Assembly (NCBI GenBank): GCA_054600435.1
Contig: BAAIJX010000041.1
Location: 62,001-126,000, forward strand
From: Neophaeotheca triangularis
Lineage: Eukaryota
Reading direction: 5' to 3'
Length of the DNA: 64,000 bases
The notes beneath the pieces were generated by a model. The model worked only from the letters and a program-made list of their open reading frames with translations. It did not search any database and was not told the DNA's origin. A program made the translations under genes and the position numbers. The number at the start of each line of letters is the position of its first letter. The stretch's first letter is position 1. Positions 33,923 to 46,382 of this stretch are shown here, piece by piece.

Positions 33923-35139
33923 TCATTCCGCATCAATGACCTGCTGCACTTCCTCAGCAGGTCCTTTTCTCCCAGCTTCCCTCTCTCCATAAGCTCGCAT
34001 ACCACTCTCTATACACGCTACAAGACTCTCAGCTCTGGGCGCGGCATCTTCGCGGAAGCTCAATCGCTCTGTCCGCCACTCCAGAAGGCTCTCAGCCCTA
34101 GCTCCCTCTGGAGCATTGATAAGACCAACAGCTACGTCAAACAATGCAGGCCTGGCATGGTCCTCGTAGAACACAGTGGCGCCGCAGCCGCTGCAAAACC
34201 ATCTCGTTGCCTGTTTGCTCGACTTGTGGCTTTTGAGAGTCCCGAAGTTAGTTGTGAATGGCGCCTTGCCTTCGGCGTCCAGGGTGAGATCGACCGTTGG
34301 CACGAAGGCCCATTGAATAAACTCATACCCGGTCGCGAGACGGCAGCTATCGCAAGCGCAGACACCGGCTAGAAAGCGCTGCTTGTTAGCTCGAAGCCAC
34401 CAGGTCTCGTTCTCTGGTAGACTATGTGGCCCGGAGTTGGCAGGGACAAGGACATCTGGCCATGGGGAAGAGGCTTGCACTGAACGCTCAGAAGGCCGCG
34501 CGATCCAAAACTCGACGCCCTTGCATTTGCAGTGAGCGTTGTAGCGGTTTGGAGGGCTCGACTTTGCCGCTTCCCGAGATTCCGAGCTCTTCCAACCCAG
34601 GGGTAGTTTCTCGCTGTCTTTGCTAACAAGGCGACGCTGTACAGTCCTGCCGGAAAACTCTGTCATCCAGTCGCTGCAGCCCCCATCTTTGGAGTCGCCG
34701 AGAAAGAAGTGACCTTGAAGCTCGTAGATACCCTGGGCCTTCTCAAGAGTGCCGCTAGTAACAAACCAGAGGAAGTCGGCGGCGTAGTTGTTTGAGGGCT
34801 TGGGATACCTCCAGAACATGTGAGATCCGCAAGTAGAGCAGAAGTACATGTTTACATTCTCAGAGAATCTGTAGCTCTGCAGGGAGCTGATTGTCGAATG
34901 GGAAGGGGTGCAGCTAGCTGGTAACATGGCGATAGTGGTGCAAAGTGCGCCGCTCATGGCACGACAAGAATCGCAGCTGGTGGTTTTAGCGAGTGCTTCT
35001 GGCCGATTTGATGGACACTTGAGACCGCTTACTGGCAGAACCAGGATTGTAGGGGCAGAGGGTCGGTTGGGAAGGACAGCGTCTCCTTGTGCGCGCCGCA
35101 TAGGCAGGACGCCGCGACAGGCTTGTACTGGGTCGCCAT
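33923..35139 (-). CDS. Tandem GFA/CENP-V (Mss4-like, DUF636) zinc protein
   Basis: ATG 35139 and intron 34977-35032 give SCLCG..FCHCDSC..FCSTCGS. Second repeat HCKCKG..CACDSC..FCSGCGA. Confidence 0.88.
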
Positions 35140-35811
35140 TGTGTGATGGGCTGTTTGTTGGTGGTGGGCAAGACGCTGGAAGATGAGCCGGGATCTATCT
35201 TATATAGGCAAAGTCTGGTACATGGACATTGACACCTTATTATTGTTATCACATAGTACTTGCCAGTTCCGGTATCATGCGGGTTTGAAAAGCCAAGTAC
35301 GCCCTACGCGTGAGAGAAGCCGCCCATCGACATGCACAGCGTCGTTGATGGACAAGGAGACAGGGCAGACCGAGGTGGTAGCGCTGGACGAGGTGATGAC
35401 GACCTAACCCAGGTACCTTATCGTCGTAGCTCGAGGTCGGGAGTCACTTCCAAATCACCTCATCTGGGCACTTTCCTTCCATTAATAGTATTGTCGAGTC
35501 AACCCTGACCCTGACGTGGGAACGTTGCAGCCCGCGTCCATACTCGAAACAGGCAAGCGAATGTGGACTAGCGTGCCAAGCTTGATTACCTCATTGGTCG
35601 ACGAGTTTGGAAGTCGCGATTGCGAAAAGCTCACCTAGGCTTCACTACTACCTACCTACCTAACTTGCCATTGCTGCGACTCTTCAACATTGAAACCTCA
35701 CCTCCCCTCCACCTCCACCCTTCTCTCCCCTTTCACCATCACGCGCATCTACCGATTCTCGACCTTCACGACACCGACAACACCATCCGCACTCAGATAG
35801 GCTCGCCTGTC

Positions 35812-38458
35812 ATGAGTAACTACCGCCCCGACTACGGTCGCGACGGCCGCCGTAACGACGACCGCTACCACGCTCCTCCTCCTCCACCACGCGGGTACGA
35901 CAACAACAACTCAACCTACCCTCCCCCACCTCCTCCGCCCGGCTACGGTCGCTCGCAGTACGACTACCCTAGCCGCAACGACCACTACGCGCCTCCTCCC
36001 CGCAACGACTATTATTCTTTCAATGCGCCGCGCGACCAGGGCCCACCCCCGCCACCTCCAGGCCTCCCCCGTGGTCTTCGAGAGCCCCCTCGCTATCCTG
36101 CGCGCTCATCCTACGAGAACAACAACAGCAACAATGGGTACACTTTCCAGGGCGCGGCGGCTGCAGGTGGCCATGGTGGATTCGATTTCAACTTTCGCTC
36201 TCAGGGTCAACCTGCCCCCCACTTTCCCCCTGCCAACGCCGACAACCCGAACAGCAACTCTCGCAACCTGCAGCGTAGGAACGACAACAGGCCGCATCGT
36301 GGAAGAGGTGATCGCGGCGGCGGTTTCCGAGGTCGCGGGCGCGGGCGTGGTGGGTTCAAACCTTTCAAAGCTGCGAATCGCAACATTCTTCATGATACCA
36401 ACCGCGAGACGACACCTGAGCAGTTGGAAAACATGAATGGCGACAATCAGCCACGTTTCAAGGACCCAGCCGCGATTCCCTCATCCGACGAAGATGCTGA
36501 AGCCGACGATGCCCCTCGCAAGCGTGCCAAAACCACCCAAGATGACGGCAATCAAGTTCCCAAGTGGTCCAACCCAGATCCTTACACTGCTTTACCGCCT
36601 CCAGAGACTCTTGGTGCTCCGAAGAAGGACATTGTCCAGGTCATTCGCAAAGCCAAGATGGAAAACGCTGGTCAGACTTCCGGAGACAACGCGGCGAAGC
36701 AAAATGTCGACTTCATATCATTCAACGAGGATGTAATGGAGGATGATGGTGAGAGTGAGGACGAGGGCGCCGATGATCCTTTCGGGGCTCCTGCGCCAGC
36801 ATCCAACGACTACAAAGCAGGCGGTTCGACGAGTGGCCCAATGGGCATGCGCAACTCCATGCGTCCGTTGCAAAACGAATTCCGCATGAAGCAGGATTAC
36901 GACGCGGATGATGGTCATGCACACGCGGGGCAAAAGCGCAAGCGAGAGAAGGAGTCACGATTTGCCAAGGACATTATCGAAGAATGGCAGTCGGATGGAG
37001 AGAATGCGACTCCATGGTGCACGAGCGATCAGTCACAGAACAACGACAGTGCTCAAAGACTGAATGGCGAGATCAAGGAGTTCTTTGATTACGTTCAGCC
37101 GTTCGATTTTGAGGATACGATTCGACGCGATCTCATCATGCGCATCCAATCCGCCATCCAGAACTGGGGACCTGCAAAAGGTAACAACGTTGAGGTCCAC
37201 AGCTTTGGTTCGTTTGCTGCCGGTCTATATCTGCCCACCGCGGACATGGACCTTGTCGCCGTCTCTCACAACTTCAGGAAGAAGGGCATTCCAATGTTTT
37301 GCCAGTCTGCCAATAGTAAATACTCCCTTGCTGCTCACTTGGAGAATTGCGGCCTCGTCACGGATCGTACCATGGCAGTTGTGGCCAGAGCCAAGGTGCC
37401 TCTTCTCAAATACGTCGACCGCCTGACTGGCATCAAGGTGGACATCTCTTTCGAGAACAGCTCTGGCCTCCGCACAAACGAGACTTTTGCTCAGTGGAAG
37501 CAGCAGTACCCCGAGATGCCTGTCATCGTCGTACTGATCAAGCAGTTGCTCGCAATGCGTGGCCGCGACGAAGTATTTACCGGCGGACTTGGCGGGTTCT
37601 CTGTGATCTGCCTCGTCGTCAGCATGCTGCAACACCAGCCAGAGGTCCAAGCCAAGAGCATGAAGCTCGATGAGCACTACGGCGAGCTGCTCATTCAGTT
37701 TCTCGATCTCTACGGCAACAGAATTGACATTCGCGAGTGTGGCATCCGCATGAACCCGCCCGAGTACTTCAGCAAGACTCGCAACCCGCACCCTTCGCAG
37801 CGGTTGACCGGTCTCACCATCATCGACCCGAACAGAGCCGACAACGACATTTCCGGAGGTTCTCGCGAAATCAATGCGGTTCTCGACATCTTCAAGTCCG
37901 CCCACAGCGCCATTTTGCGTCGTCTTGACGAGATCGCTCGCGGTGAGGACGTTGGCGAGAGCGTTCTGGCTTGTATGTGGGGTGGCAACTATGTGCGCTT
38001 CGACACGCAGCGCTCGAAGCTTGATAGACTGTCCCGTGGAATGGCTATGAGCCCTCCACCGGTTCCCGCTCGCGATGCTCAGTCCATGCAAAAGGGGGCC
38101 AACCAGCGCAAGGTACCAAAGGGCGCCCCTAAGAAGAAGAAGGTGAACAAGCAGAACGGATCTAACGTACCCGATAGTACTGAACAGGAAAAGCCGAAGA
38201 AGAAGAAGAAGACTAAAAAGGCTAAGGGTAAGAATGCTGTCGCTCGTCCATACGACTGAACCTACCGCTCTATGCCATGACGCATTTTTGCTCACATGTC
38301 GGACAGGTGAATCAGCCGCAGCTGATAACCTCAAGGGCAAAGCGAGAATGAAGGCGAAAAGGGCGATACGTAAAGAGATGATCGAACAAGGTGGCAGCAA
38401 GTCGGGCAGCAAGAAAAAGGTTAAAGAAGAGCTGAGGAAACGACACGGGCCAGGGTGA
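35812..38458 (+). CDS. TRF4: Non-canonical poly(A) polymerase Trf4/Pap2/Cid14 (TRAMP)
   Basis: Nucleotidyltransferase motif FGSFAAGLYLPTADMDLV, AKVPLLKY, VDISF, GGLGGFS, PAP-associated IIDPNRADNDISGGS, RGG-rich N-terminus. Probable last intron 38228-38306 extends the CDS to 38458. Confidence 0.9.
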
Positions 38459-40041
38459 AGTGTTGATTGCGTTTACGGGTTTTTGGGGCGTTACTGAACA
38501 GAACATGGGCGGGCTTGTTTTGCTGAGAGGTGTTACTTCAAACGGTGCAGCATGGGGCAAGGTGTGGGCGCGAATGGGTGGCTGGCTGGCTTGCTTCGCA
38601 TGATACCCCCCAAAGGCATGATTCTGCAACTGCTGTACTACCGACCGCTAGCTCTAGGTTCCTTCTCCCCTCGATGGACGCGGGCGCCCTACTCGAAAGG
38701 AAAAAGACATCGATCACACGGTACCCACCCGGCTTACACCGCCGCTCGAGCGTGCGGATGCGCTAGCCTCGTTCTTCTCCCCGAACTCCGAAGCCTGCCC
38801 GGTTCCTCACTGCTCGAACGGCGCGTGTCTCCCGCTCGTGGGTTCAACCCGATCTTTTCCACGGCCGCCCGTCTATGCGGAAGAAGGAACACGGTCATTT
38901 TTTCCTTGTTAGCGCGTTGCTTGTTGATAATACCACACTCATTTCCCCAAACTCCCATTTCGCGCTTCCGGCTCAAGCGCGCTTCTCTACTCCTAACAAA
39001 CCTTCTCACGACTTGAAGTAAGTCTATCCCCCCAGTGCAGAGTCTTTGCTAACGCTTTCCTTTAGGGTTTTGGCATTTACAAGTCTCCTCTCAGTGGCTT
39101 CGGCCATCCAGCTTTTTGCCCTCAGTCGTACGTGGACGCTATGGCGTGCCAGCTTGCCGTGGCTGTGCCATGAACCACTCTCTCTCTCTCTCTTTTTTGA
39201 GGGTGGTGATTTTGTATTTGACTGCCCTAGGGCCTTTTCTCATCGCTTCCGTTCGCTGCGTTTGGCGCGGCGGGCGGGCGGAGAGGGAGTGACTGGAAAG
39301 GGATGTTGGGGAAGGATGCTGGCAATGGCGCTCGCTAGTCTTTCGTCAATCTAAGACAAGGCTCGATGGAGCCAGAGGCAGGCTTGATGTCCGCTTTCGC
39401 GCTCTTGCTGCCTTCTGGCCTGCTTTCGTCTACTCGTCGCTTGCCTAGGCGTCCTCTCGGGCCACCAGAAGTGAGAACGGCAATGTCCTCAGGTGACTCG
39501 AAGGATGCAACACTGTGTCGGAGGACTATGCTTTAGCTAGGCCTCGAAGCGTCGCTCGCCAGAGTCAGAGTTTGGGAGAGCTTGTTCTTCGCATCTGCCC
39601 TCGCGATGATGATTCAGTCAATTCTCCCCGCTGCTTTGACGACTGCGACACCATTACGGTTGCTTTTGTTCCCTCTCCAGCTTCATTTGACTTGCAAAAA
39701 TAGCTCGTGTCGCTTGATACGCGGGCTGCTGAAGTGAGTACCTGTCGGTTTTTGTTCGGCGTCCTTATATAAGGCACGGTAATAGGTGATCTTACTAAGG
39801 TCTAATTTCATAAATAGTATAGGGTAAGGGGTAGTATATATCTAGTTCGACTTGCCGCCTGTGTTGGTATCGACTTTCTTATATAACTATTATAATGTAA
39901 TAGCTAAAGATCTGACTATAAATAGCATAGAGTAAAAAAAGACATCTAGCTCAAGTTTACACAAGTGCTAACTCTACTAGATAGCTATTGAAAAGTGAAA
40001 AAAGATTTGACAAAAGAGATAACCTCTAGGGTTAGGGTTAA

Positions 40042-40130
40042 TGCCTTCTGACAGAGTCGAACTGGCGACCTCGTCATTGATGTACTGATCTAGTACTAGT
40101 GACGCGCTCTACCAACTGAGCTAAGAAGGC
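40042..40130 (-). tRNA. tRNA-Thr(AGT) with a 16-nt intron
   Basis: GCCTTCTTAGCTCAGTTGGTAGAGCGCGTCACTAGTA-[intron]-ATGACGAGGTCGCCAGTTCGACTCTGTCAGAAGGCA. Acceptor stem GCCTTCT/AGAAGGC, A and B boxes, anticodon stem CGTCA/TGACG, one T-stem mismatch, T-runs downstream. Confidence 0.9.
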
Positions 40131-41590
40131 ATGATTCCTCATCAACCAAACTGAGTCGGCTGGTATTGAATTGATGGGAGGTAATTTGTTCAAATCTATA
40201 TAATACAGGGTGATGCTTTCAAGACAGAAGGCAAATTCCCCGTCGAGCTTTCACCGTCTCTCGAGATCATGCAGAAAAAGCTCTACAAGCAAAAGGAATC
40301 GACGTTATCTAAGATAGGCTTACGAATCTGCATCGAAAGGGAAAAGGAAAGAAAACAGCTTGAGAGCAGGAGAACAGGCTCAGATCGAGGTGTATGACAA
40401 GTCGAGTGTCACTCATCACGGCGCTCGCCCAGAGTTACGCCACGAGGATGGCCCCTTCCTCTACATCACCCCTAAGTTAGCCATCGAGCACGAGTCTATT
40501 CTCCAGCCAACGGCTTCGAATGTGAGCACGTTGCTTGCCGGTACCAATTCAGTCTTCTCTGGACATTACACTAGCGTTGAAGAGGCACTTGAGAATGAGC
40601 GAGAATGCCTCGGAGCCATCAGCATAGCGCCAGACTCGACTCCGTCACGCGAGCAAACGGCCAAGAAACAGCGTTGGCCCCTAAGCCTACGTTGCCAAAT
40701 CGCCCAAGAGTCGCCGGTTGCAGAGCGTAGACCGTGACACGATATCTCGCTACGGCGGCGGTGCCGTGAACCCCGAGAGCGAACACGCTGACTCGAGGCA
40801 TAGGTCGTACAACTCGTTGCTTTCGTAATTTCCGTAGAGGCGTTAGACGCATTGGATTGGTCTGCCGCGAAGCTGGGTTTTTGGTCTTGCTTCGGTGCTT
40901 TCTATGTCTTTGTATATGTGGTACTGGGCTTTGCCGTGGTCTGAACAGTCGCATCGAGTAGTTTGCTGGAACAAGACGTTGGGGGAGGATGGGAAGGGGA
41001 AGCTCAATAAGGGCATTAGATGTGCATCAGGGGTGTCAGTGGTATGAAGGTTACAGAATCTGTGTGCTGTAAAATGGAGATACAGTTTGTCTCTGGCGAA
41101 AGCCCAGCTTCTCGAGCAGCCGCAAGTTGCAAACACGAGATTTAGAAGAGCAAGCATTATAGCCATTCAACGACTAATCTGGTACAGTACTCGAGTCGCA
41201 AAATGGCCGAGATTACCATGGTCAATCCATCTGCAACTGTTTTGATCCTTTCAGGAGCAGGGCCCTGATCATCAAGGTCGGCTTAGGGTTCGGGTTTGGG
41301 TACACGTAGGTAAATTGAGACACATTGCTGCTTGATGGTGAACCACACAAAGTTCCCCAGGCAAATCATAGTCCCTTCCCCCTGGCCGAGAGAAATCATG
41401 CCCTGAACGCCTCGCTGAACGCTGGAAGCCGAAGGGTGCCAACACGTCGCGCTCGACTCAATCAGTCTATTTTGCCGCGAGGCGTCTTCAGGCCCGACAA
41501 GGGGAAGTAAAGGCTGTAACCATAGCCATTCCTCGCTAGAACCTTCACAAGCCGAGTGCCCAAAGACCAACTTGCCCTACCTTACTTTAC

Positions 41591-43454
41591 TTACCGCGCA
41601 CCCCTACACAATCCATTCCACAACTGCACAAACTCCGTAGCATCTACAAGCCCACACACATCAGCAAAGGCCCAGACTCCCACTCCACTCCCCAACCCAG
41701 CGCAACAAACTCACCTCCACTAGAAGAAAACCTCAACAAGAAACCCCCCTCCCCATTAACCTCCACCTCAAACCCTTCGCAAAAAACAAAAGGTCTCGGC
41801 CTCAACGCCGCAACGCTCACGACACCCGACCCCCTCCTCCCCTCAACCTCAAAATGCGCCGGATCATATCGATAGCGGTCCAAAAAAGCCGTCCAAACGG
41901 GCACGTCCCGGTACGGACCCCTGAGCGGACTAGCCTCGAGCCTCAGCACTCCACTGCCGCGGTCGCGGAACAGTCGGAGCGCGTGCCGCAAATGCCCGTG
42001 CACCAGCTCGCCGCCGAATTCCTCTTCTTGGCGCAGTTCGGCCGTGTCGAGGAGCTCCGGAGCCAGGGGATGGGGGTCTTGGGCTTTGAGCGCGACGAAG
42101 GTGCTGTAGAAGAGGACGAGGCGTTCGTGGAAGAGAAAGTTGAGGCGTGCCCAGAGGGTGTAGGTGTAGGTGTGCGTGGCGCTGGAGCGGCGGCAGAGGT
42201 GCAGGAGCGATTTGTCGCGGACTAGTTTTAGAGAGGTTAGTGGGAGGCAGTGGTGGATGGGGCGCGGGGAAGGGCTGGGGGTTGTTATGAGGATGCGGGC
42301 GCGGAGGGTTGTGGGGTGGTGGTAGAGGCGGACGGAGAGGGCGGCGTTGTCGAAGGGGCTGGTTGGGGGTGGGGTTAGCGCGGAAATGTTGGGGTGCGTG
42401 GTGCGGGTTTTATGTACAGTTCGAGTAACATTTGGAAGCCGTCGGTATGTAGTCGTTGGAGGGCTTGAGGATCGGGCTTTCCGAAGCATTCGGATGGGTC
42501 ATGTCTGGTAAGTATTAGAAGGCGTGTCTCGAAGCTCAAGCAGAAGTTTGCGAGAAATACTTCTGATATCCAGATCGAAATGGAGTACCAGGGTAGGAGC
42601 CATCAAAGATACGAGCCGCCCAGTGCTCCGGGATCAGCGAAGGCCGATAAGGGCCACTCGAGTATGAAGTATGACTCGAGCCTAAACTCTGTGAAGAGCT
42701 CGACGTGAAGGTCGGTGACAAGGGCACACCAAGCGGGGGCTCAGGCGCATAAGGCGGCGCGTAAGCACGGTCGTTGCCAAACCAGCTCTCCGACTCCGAC
42801 CCAGGCGACATGGGCATAGTATCAACAGTATATGACTGAATGCGCGGCGGGACCCGCGGTCGAGGTCGAGGAATTTCGGCCGCTGTCTACGTCTCAGTCG
42901 ATTCCGCCTCTCACAGGCAAGAAGAAAAGCAACCTACGAGAATCTCTAATCGCCCGCCTCTGCGTCCGCGACTCATAGTCTTCCTGCCGATCGAGCAGAC
43001 GCACAATATCGTCCTGCAAAACCATCAAATTCGGGTTGGGCGAGCCTTCGAGCACGCCCATCAGAGCCAGTACGAAAGTCCGAAACATTTCCAACCGCTC
43101 CACCAAGACCATACCTTCCTCCCGCTCCATACGGTACTCCAGATCCGTCCATACTCTGGCATAACTCAACGTCCTCACGCGCCCAAAACTGTCAAAGATT
43201 GCCTTGAAAGTTAGTTCCAGTGCCGGGACCACGAGGGCGAGGTTGTTTCGGATGCGGAACCAACTGGGCTGGAAAACATGGTCGCCATGCGCTTGGCCCA
43301 GTTGCTGAAGCGCGGTACTAATGGCAAAGAGCTCGCTCAGAATCGCCGTAATGTGCGTAGAGCGGTTGGGCAGGCTATCTTTGAAGGGCAATAGACCACT
43401 GGCGCAGTCCTCGGCATCACGCGCCAGCCGGGTCAGATTCCGATCGGTGGCCAT
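41591..43454 (-). CDS. Hypothetical fungal protein (5 exons): helical N-terminal domain, Pro/Ser linker, beta-rich C-terminal domains
   Basis: Exons 43454-42938, 42882-42561, 42504-42418, 42358-41715, 41643-41591 splice in frame with GT-AG introns and link ORF-track fragments. Confidence 0.75.
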
Positions 43455-44665
43455 CTTCTACTCTGCGGAGGGGGATGGAGTCGACAGAGCCCTTCCTGAT
43501 TCTCTTCGTAGTATGGTAGCATACCAAGAAAGACACAAGAATTGACCTGAAGGACAGCGCAAGCACGAGAACAAGGTTGAACTTTTGCTCTTTGCCTGCA
43601 AATCATCGCATCTCGGACCGGCTCGTGCGGTCGTGACGTGTCACTCAATGGCTCCAATGGCATCTTGTTGCATGCATGCCCTTTCCCTCTGCGGGTGTAA
43701 CGCTGCATGTAAGCGTGAGGTGGGTGAGCTTTTCTGGTGGTGTCGAGGTCGAGGTCGAGGTGGGTGGGGCGGGACTTGCTTCACCGGTCTGCCAAAGCCG
43801 CCAGTGAGAAGATTTTCTCTCCTTCGCTCCTCTACCTCACCTCGCCGCTCATATATTTCCTTTCAGGCGATCAACGAGCCCGATGACGGGGGAAAGACAG
43901 GGGATTGTGTAGACTAACAGAGCACCTACCTGAAACCTCAATACTTTCCGACAAAGGTAGTGATAGGTTGCAAGAGAGCATCGCTGCCTCTTGTCCGCAG
44001 CTGTTGAAATTGTGTGCGTCAAGAAGCGAACCAGGTCCTACCACTTCAGCAATGGCAGACTCTTACCACACATGGTCTTTGGCGACGACGTCGTACTTAG
44101 GAGGTGATCACTATCTAGACGCAACTCACATGGGTTGAGACGATTGCGACGGATGAAGTCTGAAGAAGCATGCGACAGCAAAACAGGCAACCGCGCTAAG
44201 GATCGAACCTGCCGACAACCTGAGGCATCTACCCTATGAGGCCGCCTATAACCCATGCCCGTCGATACCTATAATCTATGGTACCGGAGAGTAGACTACT
44301 GATAGCTCCCTTTCGGAGGTCGACCACAAGGGCTACAGCACACAACAGGTAGGCGATTGGGAACCGCGCACGACGCTGGCAGCGAACGATTGAAGCTGCG
44401 CATAGCGTAAATCCGATACTACTAACTCTTCACCCTAATGCTGTTCAAAGACATGTATCTCAGGTTCCCAATGACTCGAGTCCTCCGCGAGCATCGCGCA
44501 CATCCCAAGCCTGCTTGCGAGCCAAGCATACCCAAACGCCATCGCCTACCAGCCGTGGCCGTATCTCTCGTCAAAACGTAAAAGCCGGGATATCACGACC
44601 AGGATGTCCAGAAAAGCTCGCCCGCTCGGCTGCCACATAGGCCGAGATTTCGAAGAAGCAAGCGT

Positions 44666-45289
44666 TTACACGAACTCGTAATCGTCGTCCGCATCCGGCA
44701 CGCCAGCAACCACACCCGCCGACTTTGCCTTTCCCTTCTTCGACGCAGGCGCAAGCCCCACGCTCTCGCCCTCAGAGTCCAGAACATCATACTCCGTCCG
44801 CACCAGCTTGACAGTCTCCTTCTCCTCATACTTTTCCATAGCTTTCGCGAGCGCGACATTCAGGATCTGACTCCCCTGGCTCGGGCCTCTCGCGGCGTCG
44901 AAAGAGTATGTGACACCGGAATCAGGAGCAACACCGGCATCGCCGTTATCGTCGGAGCCGCTTGCCGAAGCCGACTCCTCTGCCGCAGAGGATGCAGAGT
45001 CCAAATTATCGTTGTCGTCCAACTTGTCGTGCTTGCGCGAGATCTTGTTGACAGAAGCCACGACGCCTCCGGCGGAGCGTGCGCCGTGTGATTGGTATTT
45101 CGAGTTGTTGTGGTTGCGGGTATTGGAGATTGTAAAGGCGGACTTGTAGCGCGGGCGTTGCTGGTGCTCTACGTATGCGGTCGGGGGCTGGTAGGCGGCG
45201 GGTTTGTGCTTGCGGTCGGTGGAGCGCTTGGTGTCGTGGGCTGTGCTGCGGAGGTCGGAGGTGGGCAAGGTTTGAGAGGAGGTGGACAT
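44666..45289 (-). CDS. Hypothetical fungal protein, 207 aa
   Basis: Single ORF with an ordered-looking C-terminal block YSFDAARGPSQGSQILNVALAKAMEKYEEKETVKLVRTEYDVL and acidic tail DDDYEFV. Confidence 0.75.
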   Translation of the reverse strand: MSTSSQTLPTSDLRSTAHDTKRSTDRKHKPAAYQPPTAYVEHQQRPRYKSAFTISNTRNHNNSKYQSHGARSAGGVVASVNKISRKHDKLDDNDNLDSASSAAEESASASGSDDNGDAGVAPDSGVTYSFDAARGPSQGSQILNVALAKAMEKYEEKETVKLVRTEYDVLDSEGESVGLAPASKKGKAKSAGVVAGVPDADDDYEFV

Positions 45290-45867
45290 TGTGGTTGGCT
45301 GTTTGGGCGGCTAAGGAGTGTAGTTGGTCGTTTGAAAAGAGTGGAAGTGGTTTGGTTTCGTCGAGGTTGTGCTGGGAGAGGTCGTGTTGTTCGTAGGTGG
45401 TGGAGGGGCTCTAGGTGAGTCGCTGACTTGCTATTGATGAGACAAAGGATGAACAAGGAAGCGGCGTGACTGGACAAGGATGATGCGATCGCGAGCAGTC
45501 AAAGGATGACAGCAACGACTCTCGGTTAGAGAGCGCCGCGTTGATTGATGAGGTGATAGTGACTCCAACGGGAGGCAGGAGCCGAGAACGACGTGAGCTT
45601 GTGTATGTTGTGTGTCTGAGCTTCACAGTGTTTCGGTGGCTGTGTCAGGAAGCTGTGGTAAACGATGGGATCACAGTGGTGTCAAGAGAGCGCTTGATCA
45701 ATAGTGTCTTTTAACAACAAAGGACCTACACTCTAGGTATTCTTTATCATAGTAGCAATCCTCATGCCTTACCTTTGACCGGCTATGCAGATAGCTAGGT
45801 ATCAACAGCTCCACCTCCCCAGGTAAGCCGGATGCGGAGAAGAGCGATAAGCAGGCGTGGCGGGCTG

Positions 45868-45895
<28 letters not shown>
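45868..45895. repeat. (AAGC)7 microsatellite
   Basis: Read directly from the sequence. Confidence 0.9.
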
Positions 45896-45898
<3 letters not shown>

Positions 45899-46382
45899 CA
45901 CCGACCGACCCAGCTGGCAGCATGACCACGTTCGTCATGTGTTGCTCTGCCAGGAACGTCGGTGCATGACTGGCGCTGCTCCATCCGCGGCCCACCTAAT
46001 GTTATACTCGCACGTGTTCGAGGCGTTGGCTTTGTTGTTTCGTTTGTTTGAACCTTGAGAATGAATTGGAAGTCTTCCAAGGTTGAGGCTCGACGTCGTT
46101 TGTTTGTCTTGTGGGGAAGACTGCAAGTTGGGGACAGCCGGCCTTGTGCTAAAAGTATTCCGAGTAGACCCGGTAAACGTCGGCTTCGTCTACAGCACAA
46201 GACAGATGCGGACCATCAAGAGACATCACTGTCGACATTCAAATTCACTTGGAACTATTGCCCAAATTCACTCATATTCTGGAGCTGAAATCGCATTCAC
46301 TCTTTCATCGGTGTCGTCGCTTGCCACCACCAACTACCTAGGTAGTGCTTCAAAAGTATCCCACTAATCGTAATCCCACACA

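Noticed and set aside
40026..40041. Telomerase RNA template candidate
   Set aside because: Lies in a short Pol III trailer followed by T-runs. Filamentous-ascomycete telomerase RNAs are long Pol II transcripts, and no pseudoknot or CR4/5-like element was recognised.
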